Below are positions 23,504-64,000 of a stretch of 64,000 bases of DNA, piece by piece. Both the position numbers and the translations under genes were made by a program. The stretch is from Eledone cirrhosa (Eukaryota). Within the stretch, counting starts at the first letter, position 1; every line of letters starts with the position of its first letter. The stretch lies in assembly GCA_964016885.1 (NCBI GenBank), contig OZ024754.1, positions 42,346,001 through 42,410,000 of the forward strand, written 5' to 3'. A model generated the notes under the pieces. That model saw only the letters and a list, made by a program, of their open reading frames with translations, had not been told where the DNA came from and ran no database searches.

Positions 23504-24594
23504 CTTAGTCTTAGGTTCTTCCGCGACTTTCGGCGCATCGAGCAGTGAGTAATCGCCAACGATCACGATTAGCGACGGCTTTTTCTCGTCCTTGCCAAGT
23601 GATATTGGCTGCCATCAGGTGATGCTGAGGCAACCCTGCTTCCGTTTGCTGCCAGGTGGATTTCAGTTCATCGCCGTATTTGAGTGTCGTTCGCTGGGCA
23701 GTCGCAGAATATGGCCTGCCAGGCGACACTGGCTCTTCTGTGACCACCATCTGCAGCGTCCGCAACTAGACTCTCTGCAGGATTTCCTCGTTTCGCACTT
23801 GGTCGCGCCAGGACACACGAAGGATCCTTCACAGGTACCAGTGGTGGAATGCGTTTAGCCATCTCTCTGTCTTTGCCGTGCTCTTCCAGTTTTTTGCCTG
23901 CATAAAGCACTGTTGGCTGGACGATGCTCTTGTACAGGCGCAGCTTGATCCTGCATGAAGACAACCAGACTGGGCGCATCTGCTGGAAAACTGCAGCTTC
24001 CTTGCCAATCCGACAGTTGATGTTGAGCTCCGCATTGTCATACTTTGTGAGGATGCTGCCCGGATAGGTGAAGTGATCGACTTCTTCCAGTTCTTGTTGG
24101 TCAATTCTGACCACTGGACTTGTGTTGTTGGCTGTCCTTATCACCTTGGTCTTTTTGGTGTTGATTCTCAGACCGATCTGTTCTGCACTCTCTTGCAGCG
24201 ATGTCGACTCTGTGCCCCAGGAGGAACAAGCTGGCTTCCGAAACAACCTTGAACAATGCATTGAACTCCAGCAACCTTTGGCAGTCGACTTTATTGATTT
24301 CCAGAAAGCGTTTGACTGTGCATCAGGAAACGTTATGGAACATTGTGCACTCGTACGGCGTTCCTGCAAGATTTATCGCCATCTTCAAGGCCCTGTACGC
24401 AAACTCCAGCTGCTGCATGTGAATTGTGTGCGGTGTGACATGAGTTCTTTGACATTGTCTCCGGTGTCAGACAGGGTTGCATTCTCTCTCTGCGGCAGTC
24501 CATTTTGTTTGGAGGCAAACAGATGAAGTGCCTGGTCGAGGAATCCTTATGGAGAGGCCAGTTGAGGCTGAGGAACCTGGCATTTGCTGATGAC
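23504..24594 (-). mobile_element. 5'-truncated RTE-like LINE remnant with internal inversion (decayed RT)
   Basis: - strand 23511-~24200: IGLRINTKKTKV...EEVDHFTY.GS...INCRIGK...KLRLYKSIV...WRLLTARCAESRGRT* plus short (CTAAGA) tail. + strand ~24200-24594: EEQAGFR, IDFQKAFD, YGVP, GVRQGCILS, LAFADD. Frameshifted; set in (TA)n. Confidence 0.85.
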
Positions 24595-25568
24595 ATATAT
24601 ATATATAAATATACAGAGAGAGAGAGAGAGACAAACAGATTTCTAAGATAAATCTATGTGATATAGTTTGTGACTTGTTTTGGGGGTTTCCCGTCCCATC
24701 AAATTTGACTTTGTTTTTCAAATTTTGGCAGGAGAAGTAAGTCCAGCAAAACATTGAATAGAGGTGAAGGTGCATGACTTGGTGGTATTCAACTTTTGAT
24801 TGTAAGGTCCTAAGTTCAATTCCTGGTAGCACATTTTGTTTTTGAACAAGATACTTTACTTCACATTAGTCTAGTCCACTTTGCTGAAAAAATTGAATTC
24901 CTGTAATTCAAAGAGTCAGCTTAGGTTTGTCACATTAGATAGAAAGACAATTGCATCCAGCTGTAGAAACCAAACCAAAATCAGTTCTGTATGAGCAAGA
25001 CATGGTCACCTGACCTAGCATAACCCATACCAGCGTGGCGCAAAATGGATCTTAAACACTGATGGTGATGATATAAATAAATATATATATACAAATTGTA
25101 AGTATCAAAACATATATCAATTATGTCTGATATGTGTGCTTCTAAATAGAAAAACTGTATGGACATTTGTCCAGAACAACAATAATTCAAATTAATAGAT
25201 ATATCTATAGAGAGAAAGGACCATATATCTTATGAGAACAGTGTTCTGATGACCTGAAGAGATAGCTATAATGGTGAAACCTACAACATTATGATCATAA
25301 GTCCAACACCCTTACCACTAAGCCACATGCTTCATAGAATATACCATAAAGAAGTAAATGTTCAGCGCCTTCAAATGGAGAATGGTTGGATTCTAATAAA
25401 ATAGTTTGCTGAAAAAGCTAAAAACGGGGATGTGGATTTCCTATTGAGTCTGAAGTCATACAAATCTTTTTTTTAATATAGAATTTATATTTGAAAGTGA
25501 ACTAATCAACTTGAGTACTCTTTTCACATATAAACAAGGGGAAATTATAGAATGTCAACTATTTAAAT

Positions 25569-26556
25569 CAGTCATGGGCAAACTGCAGCCCATTTCGTTT
25601 TCTGAATGGCACAATTTCAAAATTGCCTTGAATTTTTTAGTAGTGCAGCCTGCCTTATAAAAAGCCACATCCTATGTGGCCCACCTTATGAAGAGCCACA
25701 TCCTGTGGCCCACCTTATAAAGAGCCACATCCTATGTGGCCCATGTTATGATGAGCCACGTCCTATGTGGCCCACATTATGATGATCCACATCCTATGTG
25801 GCCCACCTTATAAAGAGCCACATCCTATGTGGCTAACCTTATAAAGAGCCACATCCTATGTGGCTCACCTTATAAAGAGCCACATCCTATGTGGCCCATG
25901 TTATGATGAGCCACATCCTATGTGGCCCACCTTACAAAGAGCCACATCCTATGTGGCTCACCTTATAAAGAGCCACATCCTATGTGGCCCATGTTATGAT
26001 GAGCCACATCCTATGTGGCCCACCTTACAAAGAGCCACATCCTATGTGGCCCATGTTATAAAGAGCCACATCCTATGTGGCCCACCTTACAAAGAGCCAC
26101 ATCCTATGTGGCCCATGTTATAAAGAGCCACATCCTATGTGGCCCACCTTACAAAGAGCCACATCCTATGTGGCTCATCTTATGAAGCGCCACATCCTAT
26201 GTGGCTCACCTTATAAAGAGCCACATCCTATGTGGCCCATGTTATGATGAGCCACATCCTATGTGGCCCACCTTACAAAGAGCCACATCCTATGTGGCCC
26301 ATGTTATAAAGAGCCACATCCTATGTGGCCCACCTTACAAAGAGCCACATCCTATGTGGCTCATCTTATGAAGCGCCACATCCTATGTGGCCCACCTTAC
26401 AAAGAGCCACATCCTATGTGGCCCATGTTATAAAGAGCCACGTCCTATGTGGCCCACCTTACAAAGAGCCACATCCTATGTGGCCCACCTTATGAGGAGT
26501 CACATCATATATGGTTCGCCTTCTGATGAGCCACATCCTATGTGGCCCACTGCCTG
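25569..26556. mobile_element. Non-autonomous hAT-type (Charlie/MER-like) MITE carrying the 31-bp minisatellite
   Basis: Ends CAGTCATGGGCAAACTGCAGCCC ... GCCCACTGCCTG (imperfect TIRs, CAG..CTG), flanked by an identical 8-mer ATTTAAAT at 25561-25568 and 26557-26564. Confidence 0.75.
25650..26550 (+). repeat. Minisatellite, 31-bp unit GAGCCACATCCTATGTGGCCCACCTTATAAA, ~29 copies, palindromic core
   Basis: Tandem array; GCCACAT-CCT-ATGTGGC inverted repeat in each unit. Confidence 0.95.
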
Positions 26557-29500
26557 ATTTAAATGAATCCAAAAGACTAACATAGAATACTTCTTTTCTT
26601 CACCCACTTATTCCTGAGAGGGTCGTGCAGGCAGAGTCCTCAAACACTCCCTCCAACAAGTCCTGTCAGAAGCAACCATCTACAACTGATCCGGCTGGAT
26701 CCCCAAGTGTGACCAACCAAGCTCATGCATGCTATCCAACCATCTTGTTCGGGTTCTACTCCTGGGACTCTTACCTGTTGGTTTTTGCCCATAAAATCTG
26801 TCCAGTAATTCTTTCAACAAAAAAAAAAAAATGGAGAAACATGAAATTTCTTATATTCAGCAGCAAGTGTAAGATCAAGCTTACACACAAACAAAAATTG
26901 TAAAAAGAAGAGATTCTTTTATGATTGGAATAAATTGAATAATGATCAACAAGTAAATATTATTTATTCAGCAGAAGTCAAGAACAGATTATTTCAAACC
27001 TTGAAATTTTAAAATAATGACAAAACTGCAGATTTTATCATATTTACAACATGATAAAGACTCATACAGAAAAAACCATTTTCCCCAAAAAATTAAAATG
27101 GAAGACTATAATATTTGCTCAATTGTTTTTATTCACTATAAACAGTTTTGTAATTTATAAACCTATGCAAGATGCATTGGGTAATAAATGTTGATATACT
27201 TGTACTTAACTCTTTTCATTATTTACTCGTCCCAAACTACCCTTGGTTTCATGAAACAAAACCTCTAATTTTATACGGTTCCCTTTAAATTAAAATCTTC
27301 AAACATATTTGACATAAAAATATTTCGTAGTGTTATAAATATTATTTTGAGGATGGAATAATAATTTTAGTAAAACCCTCCAGATTTTTATTATTATTAT
27401 TAATTAATTAAAGTACAGTGTATTCCATTAGAAATATAGTCGGGAAAGGGTTAACTAAATTTGATTCATAATCCTATATTTGTGAAATATATTCTGTCAT
27501 ACATTTCTTTACTCCTATGTATTAGAAACCTTCCTTAGTTAGAAATCGATAATTATAAATGTAACAGTAAAGAGATGAGTGTAAGGTTTTTATTGTAAAA
27601 TGTCAGTCTGCTAGCAACCCGGCCCAAACCAACTCTGATTCAGTGAAACAAAACCACCCATTTTAAAGGCTTCCTACTTAAATTAAAAACTTCCGACATC
27701 AGTTTATAGAACCATATATTAAATTACTATCTTAGTAATGAAATAATTAATAATCTTAGTAAATTTCTCAAAATTGTTCATTAATTATTTGAAATAAAAT
27801 ATATTTAATTAAAAATAAGGTTACGAATGGATTAAGGTGACATAAGACGAAGGGTTATTTTCAAATTCTTAAATATCAGCACACGAACATACTTCTATTT
27901 TCACTGAATTATCGATGACTCATTGATAGTCCCCAACCCTTATATCCCGATCAGTAATTCAAGTTCAAATCGTATTTAGCGGTAAACTATCAAAATCGCA
28001 GTTGAAGTTATTTCACATTTTCCTAACGCTTCTCTAAGAAAATGCACTGAAGTCGTAACATTTCATTTTACCCCCTTTTTATGAATCCGAAGTTTTAAAC
28101 CGATCAAATAATAAATAAGACCATCTATATCAAGCCAATTAAATGTGATCGATATGTTCATCGAAACTGGAAAAGTAGGATTTTTATCGATTTTTTTAAA
28201 CTCAGAAGAATTATTAGTGTTTAGAAATAAATCTTTTAAATTAAAACATTTCTCTCTTTCTTATATGAACTTAAGAAAAATAAGCCAACCCATATAATTT
28301 ATTTAAATATCGATACGCTCATCGAAACTGATAAAAAAAAAGAGTAAGAACCCCCGGAAAGATATATTCCTTTCCATTTTTATATTGAGAAATTCTTCGT
28401 AGAATGCAACATAAGATTTCTCTTATACTTGTCAAAATGTTAGAGCAGGGTCTGATTTTTTGCTTTACCTCAGACAGTAACGAAAATAAAAGTTTAGCTT
28501 GTACAGGATATTTAATAAAACATTTCATTTTTTTTTTCTGCGTGAAATTGAAGACGACTTAAAATACCGAAGCCTTATGTGTTTGATTAAACCAGGGAAA
28601 TATTTGAGGTGTACGTTTAAGTCTTGCTAGTTTTCTAAAACGAGATATGAGGGAATTTGTTTTACAATTATAGGAATTAAGTTATTAAATATGAGAACAT
28701 TCACATTTTATATGCACACACACTAACAAAATATATTTTTCCTAAAGAAAAGGCCAACATGGCGTCGTGTATTTCGTTTCATTTTGTAATAATTACTCTT
28801 CTATTCATTATATTCTAGCATCTATTTACACTTGGGATTATATTTTATCAGTACGAAAAGATATACTAAATATAATACAATTATAGTTAATTTAAAAAGT
28901 ACTAGAGTTTTCATATATTTATTAAGACATAACTATTTTGAGGAAACGCTTTCCCCTCTTCTATGAAGCAGGATATTTAAAAATAATCTTACAATAGTGA
29001 ATATTTCTTTAAAGTATTTCAAAAGAAATGCAAGTTATTTATATTTAAAAAAAAAAATGTTTGCAAAGAAAAAAAATAATCGCATACATTTTAAAAACGA
29101 AATATTTTATAAATGCAACACTTTTTTTGTTGCATTAGTCCCAAAATGCCCCATGGTATATCGATTATTAAAAATAAACTTAATAGCTTGGAAAGAAAAG
29201 TATTTACTAAACGATAGTGTACAAAAGATACCGAATTAAATCATTTAAATATATTAACGGGGAGATGGGAAAAAAAAGAAATAAAATTCTTTTAATTTAG
29301 CCTAAGAAAATTATTTCTCTCGAAACGGATTTGAAATATGAAGAAGGGAAGTAGAATATTTGCTTAAAAATTCAGGATTTTGATAAGAGCCGGAAACATT
29401 ACGTCACTGTTGGAAGGTGATTATAAATACCAACTATCGTCTGCTGGAACGAATTAAAATACTTCATATCTTTAGCGTCGAGTAAATTACCCTCTTTTCT

Positions 29501-30224
29501 TTCTAAATAAAATAAAATACATACAAATTATTAACATTCTAATATTTTTCAAAATATGTGGTTGAATGTCTTATATTTTGAGATAATTTGTTTTTACGAG
29601 TTATAATATGAATTGGACAGGGAAGTTAGTGCGTATGCGATATCGAAATGTATCCAATATACTACAAGTACTTGTTAATGCGAGATACCAACTTGTAACA
29701 GAGGCATATTTCTTAACATATATGCTTGTTTACTACCCGTCACCCTGATACAAAGAGGGTGTGGTAAGATACCAGGTGGACCATAACGCACCAGAGTACT
29801 CAATATTGTGTAAGTGTGTGTAAAATAAGGAAAATGTGAAGTTCAGTGGGACTATTTAAAAAGAGAGAAAGATAAACGAAAACACACTATATGTATATAT
29901 ATGTATATATATGACGAATTCTTAAAGAAAGAAATAGAACTAGTCCTGTAAGAGTTATTGTCTAATAAATTAATATAATTCAAGAAGGCAGTAGTGGTGA
30001 AACTTTGGAGATATTAACTCACTATATGTGTTGTATCAGTTAATTAATATTAAAAAAAGTTTCAAGTTTTCTTTTAAAAAGTTTGTTGCGAAAATGTATT
30101 TTTAAATGTCAAGTGAATTCAAATTAAAGAAAGCAAAACTGAAAAAAAACAACAAACTACATTAATAATAATTATTTTGTTTTGGTTTTGTATGTGGTGT
30201 GCTTGTTTAACTCTTTCCAACCTA

Positions 30225-30463
30225 GTCAAGTGACGTTTCAGGCGAACTGAATTTTTTAATGTAACCCTTTGCCGTAATATATATCTGCGCATGTTCAAAT
30301 TTCTCGCCCGCCATTTGCGTAGAAGCTTCAAGGCAGATTGCGAACGTGATTCAAAATTTTCAAATTCAGCCAACTATTTGGTTGAATTTCCCATCCCAAA
30401 CAAAAAAAATCTCTTGTTTTTGGATACATCTCTATTTCAAACCTGGCGAATTCAGAACCAATT
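30225..30463 (+). promoter_or_regulatory. hnRNP U-like core promoter / 5' UTR
   Basis: CpG-richer than flanks; TGACGT (CRE half site, ~30231), TGCGCATG (NRF1-like, ~30286), CCGCCATTT (YY1-like, ~30308) just upstream of ATG 30464. Confidence 0.5.
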
Positions 30464-59313
<28,850 letters not shown>

Positions 59314-61265
59314 GCATTCTCCCACTTTGTTTCACCACTCACCCGCTTTCCCTAAAACAGGTGGTAGTAGCAGCAACAGTGTCACCTGATGATATATAGG
59401 CTTATCTACAATTATCTTCACTCCTGATACAAAGTAATTTTAGATCAGCCCCTATGTCATTTAATTTCTTTGGGGGGGTCGGGGTAAGATGATATAAATC
59501 TTTTGGTCATTTTAACTGTTGCTGATATTTTCCCAGTTGCTGTTGCTACATTGGTGATTTAAAAAAAAAATGAAATTTTAAAAGCAATGGGAGGGTGGGG
59601 TATGGGTTTTTTTCTCTCTCCATTCATTTGAAAAAATTCATTTGTACTTCATTTTCATTTCATAATTTTCCTCTGTATTCAAAACTTTGAATCCATGGCA
59701 ACAGTAGTTTTGTTTATAATTTTTCAGTTAAATTTGTAACTATTGTTGCATCACCTATATTACAAAGTTTAGCACCCACTCCCTTAATTTCAATCAAGTA
59801 ATTTTTATAGCTTTTTAAAATCTTATTTTATACAATTTTAAAATTACTGTCCTTAAGCTTATTTTCTAAATTCTCTGGCTCTTCATTCTATCACTGTCCA
59901 TCCATGGCACTTAGCAGATGGGTTCCTCTTACAAAATGAGATCTATTTGATCTAAACAATTCCCCCCTCTTCAAATTCTGCATGTTCCTTAATAAGTGCC
60001 TTTTTTTCTAAGGGAGCAACGTGGCATAATACCTTTTCCCCCAACCTATTGCAGTTATTGTAGTGAAGTACTTTTCTCTAAATTGCACATGTTGGATTCT
60101 GGAGCTATTGATGCAATATGAGTTGCCTGATTGATTTGAAGTTGGAATTTTGGTTGGCTGAAAGAAACATAAACAAGTGTTTGAGGTTATGATAGCAAAA
60201 TGGCATGGATTAGCCCTCCATAACATTGGCTTTTGTCACATTTCAGGGGCCCTGGCTCTGGCTACAAAAGTAAAGCATACTCGATGTCCAGAGGGAGAAA
60301 GTATTAACATAGATAAATGGCAACGAAGACTGCCTCCACCTACTCCTTCTGCCCAGCATCTGCCCCTATATACAGCATTGGTGATGGGCAAGTGATAGCA
60401 CTTATGGAATCAGCATCATGCAAACAGCGGAGTTAATGAAAAATAAAACAAAAAGCAAGGAAAGCTAAAAACATTAAACACTACTCTGGGTCCACGTAAG
60501 CAAAAAAGAAAAAAATTAAAAAACAAAAACCCTGAAAAAACATCTGCCAGAACACTAAAACATCTTTCATTCACATGGAGCTGCTATTTTCCTTCATAAG
60601 TTTGTATCATAACTTCAATTATTTCAGCAAAATCTGAGCATGACACTCACCTGGACTTGCTTCTTCTCGCCCATTGCTCATCATCTTACCCTGTATTACC
60701 AGACTTACCCTACCCCTACCTCTCCTTTTTATTTTTATTTTTTTTTTTAAAGATTCATTTTCCTTCATATGAAAATTTTTAACATTTGTCTTGCTAGATA
60801 TATACTGTTTGAATGTTTTAGTGCTTTTTGCTATGTACCTTGCCTGCAGATGTAGTCCTAGTTGTTTTGTTTTCTGGCCATGCTCGTTGCTCCACAATAT
60901 AAAAAAAAAATGGAAATGAGATAAAAAAAAAAAAAGCAACCAGATTATTTTAAAGTATGTACTGTGTCCCTGAAGGAACTTTGTATTCTCCATAGGTGGT
61001 AGTTTCCCTGTATGTCACCTTTCAGTGAAGTCAGGTGATTTGAACTACCAAATTACTGTTTTCTATATTGTCTGAGGAGGAAGCATGCTGACTGTATGCA
61101 GGATGGTTGAATAAAAAATGAATGATGCCTTTATTGCTGTTCTTTTTTTGTTTACTTTGTCCATGTAGTATTTCTCTTGCTTATGTTCAACCATCAACAT
61201 TGCTGCCAATATTCTGGCTACAATATATATTAGGAAAGTGTAATGAAACAAGAAATAAATCTAAA
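59314..61265 (+). other. Probable long 3' UTR of hnRNP U-like
   Basis: Repeat-free U-rich stretch after the stop codon; AATAAA at 61254-61259 (an earlier one lies near 60442). The true end is uncertain. Confidence 0.45.
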
Positions 61266-62299
61266 AGATGTGTCGCACTGTAATCAGTTTCTTAGTACCT
61301 CTCTAGTGGGGACTTGATAAACCTTTTACAGGAAAGATTTGTTACTTTCAGGTATTACCAGATTCTATTCTCAATATTTCTTATAATATTGAGATTCTTA
61401 GACTAATTTCTATGAACACTGAGAATATACGGGATAACTTGCAAGTTGAAACTAGCTAAAATGAACTTCTTGTATGTAATAAGATTTTTAGTAGGCTGTA
61501 AATAGCTTTAAAAATTCCAATCTCTTTTAATAATTTAGTTTTGGCAGTTGTTGCTTTGTATTTGACAGGTTTTTTCCTAAGTGGAATCAGAAACTAGTCA
61601 AGAATAAAATGCAAAGAATCTAGTACTTTTCAGCATAGTTTTTACATAGAATGGAATGTTTTAAAGACATTTTAAAATGGTTATATGATAAAGCCAAAGT
61701 CAGTTTAGCATCAGAATGCTTTCTTATAGACAAGTTTAACCCTTTCATGATATTTCTCCTGAAATACTTTGTTATTGAAGAATTTTGAGAGATTTACTAA
61801 AATTATTTCATAAGCTTAAATAGTTCTTAAGCAATTATGTTGGAATATTTTAAGTTCAATAGGAGCCATTTAAAATGGGTAGTTTTGTTTCATAGAACAA
61901 AGCCTGTTTTAGCTAGGTTGGTTTCGGAAGAGTGGAGTGGGAATTATATATTTATATAACACAATGTATTTGGTATTACTTGAATTGTTAGTAGTTGGAT
62001 TAAAATAAGACTTAACACAAATTGTTTTATAAAACCAATTTATTATATCAATTATGTAAATTTTCAGAAGTAATGAAGCCAAACTATAACTTTTCCATAA
62101 AGTCGGAAGACAAAAAAAAATTGGTTCAATAATTTTCATGTGAAAATAACTCTTCTGCCATCTTCTGATGTCACTTTCCTTTCTCTATTCAGTGTGTCAA
62201 CTACAGCAGCAACTTCCAAACCGAACAATACAGTGGCCTATGATTACAAGAGAACTTACTAGGATTTGTACTCTTAACCTCATCTTTCAATGCTTTCAT

Positions 62300-62470
62300 T
62301 CTATTTCATTATTTAGCTGGGGTGGGGCAGCTTTCATACTATATCAGTTCTATTTCCATTATGTAGCTAGGGTGGGGCAGCTTTCATACTATATCAGTTC
62401 TATTTCCATTATGTAGCTAGGGTGGGGCAGCTTTCATACTATATCAGTTCTATTTCTATTAAGTAGCTGG
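62300..62470 (+). repeat. 50-bp tandem repeat, ~3 copies
   Basis: gggtggggcagctttcatactatatcagttc at 62320, 62370, 62420. Confidence 0.85.
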
Positions 62471-64000
62471 AGGTTGGCTCTATTAAGTTGTAAATGGGTG
62501 AACATTGAAAGAAAATTCTGCCTGCAATTTTAGTGTATTTTTAAGAAACTACATTCATTAGCTCTTTATTGTGTATGAAGACCCTTTAAAATGTTTAAAA
62601 AAAAAGAAAAAGAAAAAAAAAAAAAAAAAAAGGACAGCAAATTAGAGTAACTAGTGTTGGATTAAATACCTGGTTATTTGTTCGAGCTTTCAGTTCTGAG
62701 CCAGACTGCACCTAGGTAAACTTTACCTTTGATGATGGTTGATTAGTGGAATTGAGTTGTTTTACCTGTGTATTCTACTGGGAGTTTACAAATGACATGA
62801 TATCAACAAAGATCTCTGGAAACATTGCCTTTTAATAGCTAGTTTGTTTTATTTTTTAAAAATTGATAATGGAATTGCGGCACTGAGATTCTCCTAATGA
62901 AATAATAACTCGATATCAGGATTATTTATCTCACCTCTTTATGTATTCTCTTAATATGTAGAATGATTTCTTTAGAAAGTTAGCTACCCTGCTGCAATTC
63001 CTTGGGTCAACCATCTTTAGAGGATCTAAGCTAGTTACCCTGCTACAATTTCTTGGGTCCATCTTTAGAGGGTCTAAGCTAGTTACCCTGTTGCATCATG
63101 CTCCTACCTAACCTGCTGATGACAGTCTTGCTGTATATTTGACATTTCTAACATTTTTACCAAAATCTAACCTGAAACACATCCATTAAAGAAATACTTT
63201 TGAAGTTATACAGAATCTAATGTATTTATTTTTTTATCTTTCCAATTCCTGAATTTCAGTTCAGCTAAAAAATAGAAACTAAATTTAAACTGATAGAGAT
63301 TTTAAAATCATCTTTCAATTCGATATTTTCTTTTCATGAACTGCTGCTGCTTTTAAGAGTTTAGGTGAATAAAACTTCAACTTTGGTCATTACAAAAATA
63401 TGTATTTCGGCAGATTGGAGGAGGGCCAAAACAATGTCTTATGACCAATGTGGCTGCAATTCTTGTATTTTCTAAATCAAATTAATGACCATTTGTAGTC
63501 TGGTGGCGAGAATTGAGGTGCTGTACCATTCTAATTTAATATTCAGGCAGTTTTGTGGTAGAGCCTGCAGATAAGAGAGAGAAATTTATCAATATTTATT
63601 GACCAGTCATTTAAAATTGCAGATTATATTATAACTGTTGCTGATGATGATTGATATAAGAATTGAAATGATGTTCCATTTGATGAGACATTAGTAGGGG
63701 CTAAGGGAAGTATCTTAGGTTTCTTTGGCTCCTAGTAAACAAGCATTGGATCTGGTTCTACCAAACAAAACTACCCGTATAAGGAGGATGTTAGTTTCTT
63801 AGTGTGACGAAATTAGTAATGAATTACTATTTAAATTATTTAATAAAATTTATTACATTAGAAATATGGTTCCCAAAGGATGATTAAATCCTAATAAAAG
63901 TTGGTTTCAAGATATATCAGACATTGAAGTTTTGATAGATGTTTGAATTACTTCATCTTTGTTTACAGGTAATTTATAAAAGCTGTGCCTTAAGAACTAA

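Noticed and set aside
23668-24369. 233-aa ORF as an intact gene
   Set aside because: Chimeric read-through across the inversion junction of a frameshifted LINE remnant.
25650-26550. CRISPR-like appearance (palindromic repeats with variable linkers)
   Set aside because: Linkers are ~11-14 nt recurring variants, not unique spacers; eukaryotic context, no cas genes.
28200-28326. Possible C/D snoRNA on the - strand (cgatga ... ctga)
   Set aside because: Non-canonical C box, no terminal stem, no recognisable rRNA guide.

Overview
AT-rich, intron-rich animal genomic DNA. The SINE/MITE/(TA)n landscape suggests an octopod cephalopod, but that is inference only. Three multi-exon genes were reconstructed by hand with GT-AG junctions and consistent phases: (1) + strand GT43 beta-1,3-glucuronosyltransferase (B3GAT/GlcAT type), 5 coding exons, 6772-11154, ~377 aa; (2) - strand ataxin-3, 7 coding exons, 23195->14802, ~367 aa, with Josephin domain, UIMs and VCP-binding motif but no polyQ; (3) + strand hnRNP U/U-like (SAP, acidic, RS patch, SPRY, P-loop, RGG/prion-like), 18 coding exons, 30464-59313, ~812 aa. 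The non-coding space holds at least three SINE families, TTAA-flanked piggyBac-type MITEs, a hAT MITE with an 8-bp TSD, an RTE-like LINE fragment with a twin-priming-style 5' inversion, seven minisatellite arrays and a ~6.1 kb (TA)n/(TG)n microsatellite. The long ORFs in the track are repeat artefacts. I see no clear new protein system. The best leads are minisatellites born inside transposons, a hairpin array carried inside a hAT MITE, the LINE inversion, a candidate poison exon in hnRNP U-like, and a long hairpin upstream of the B3GAT ATG.
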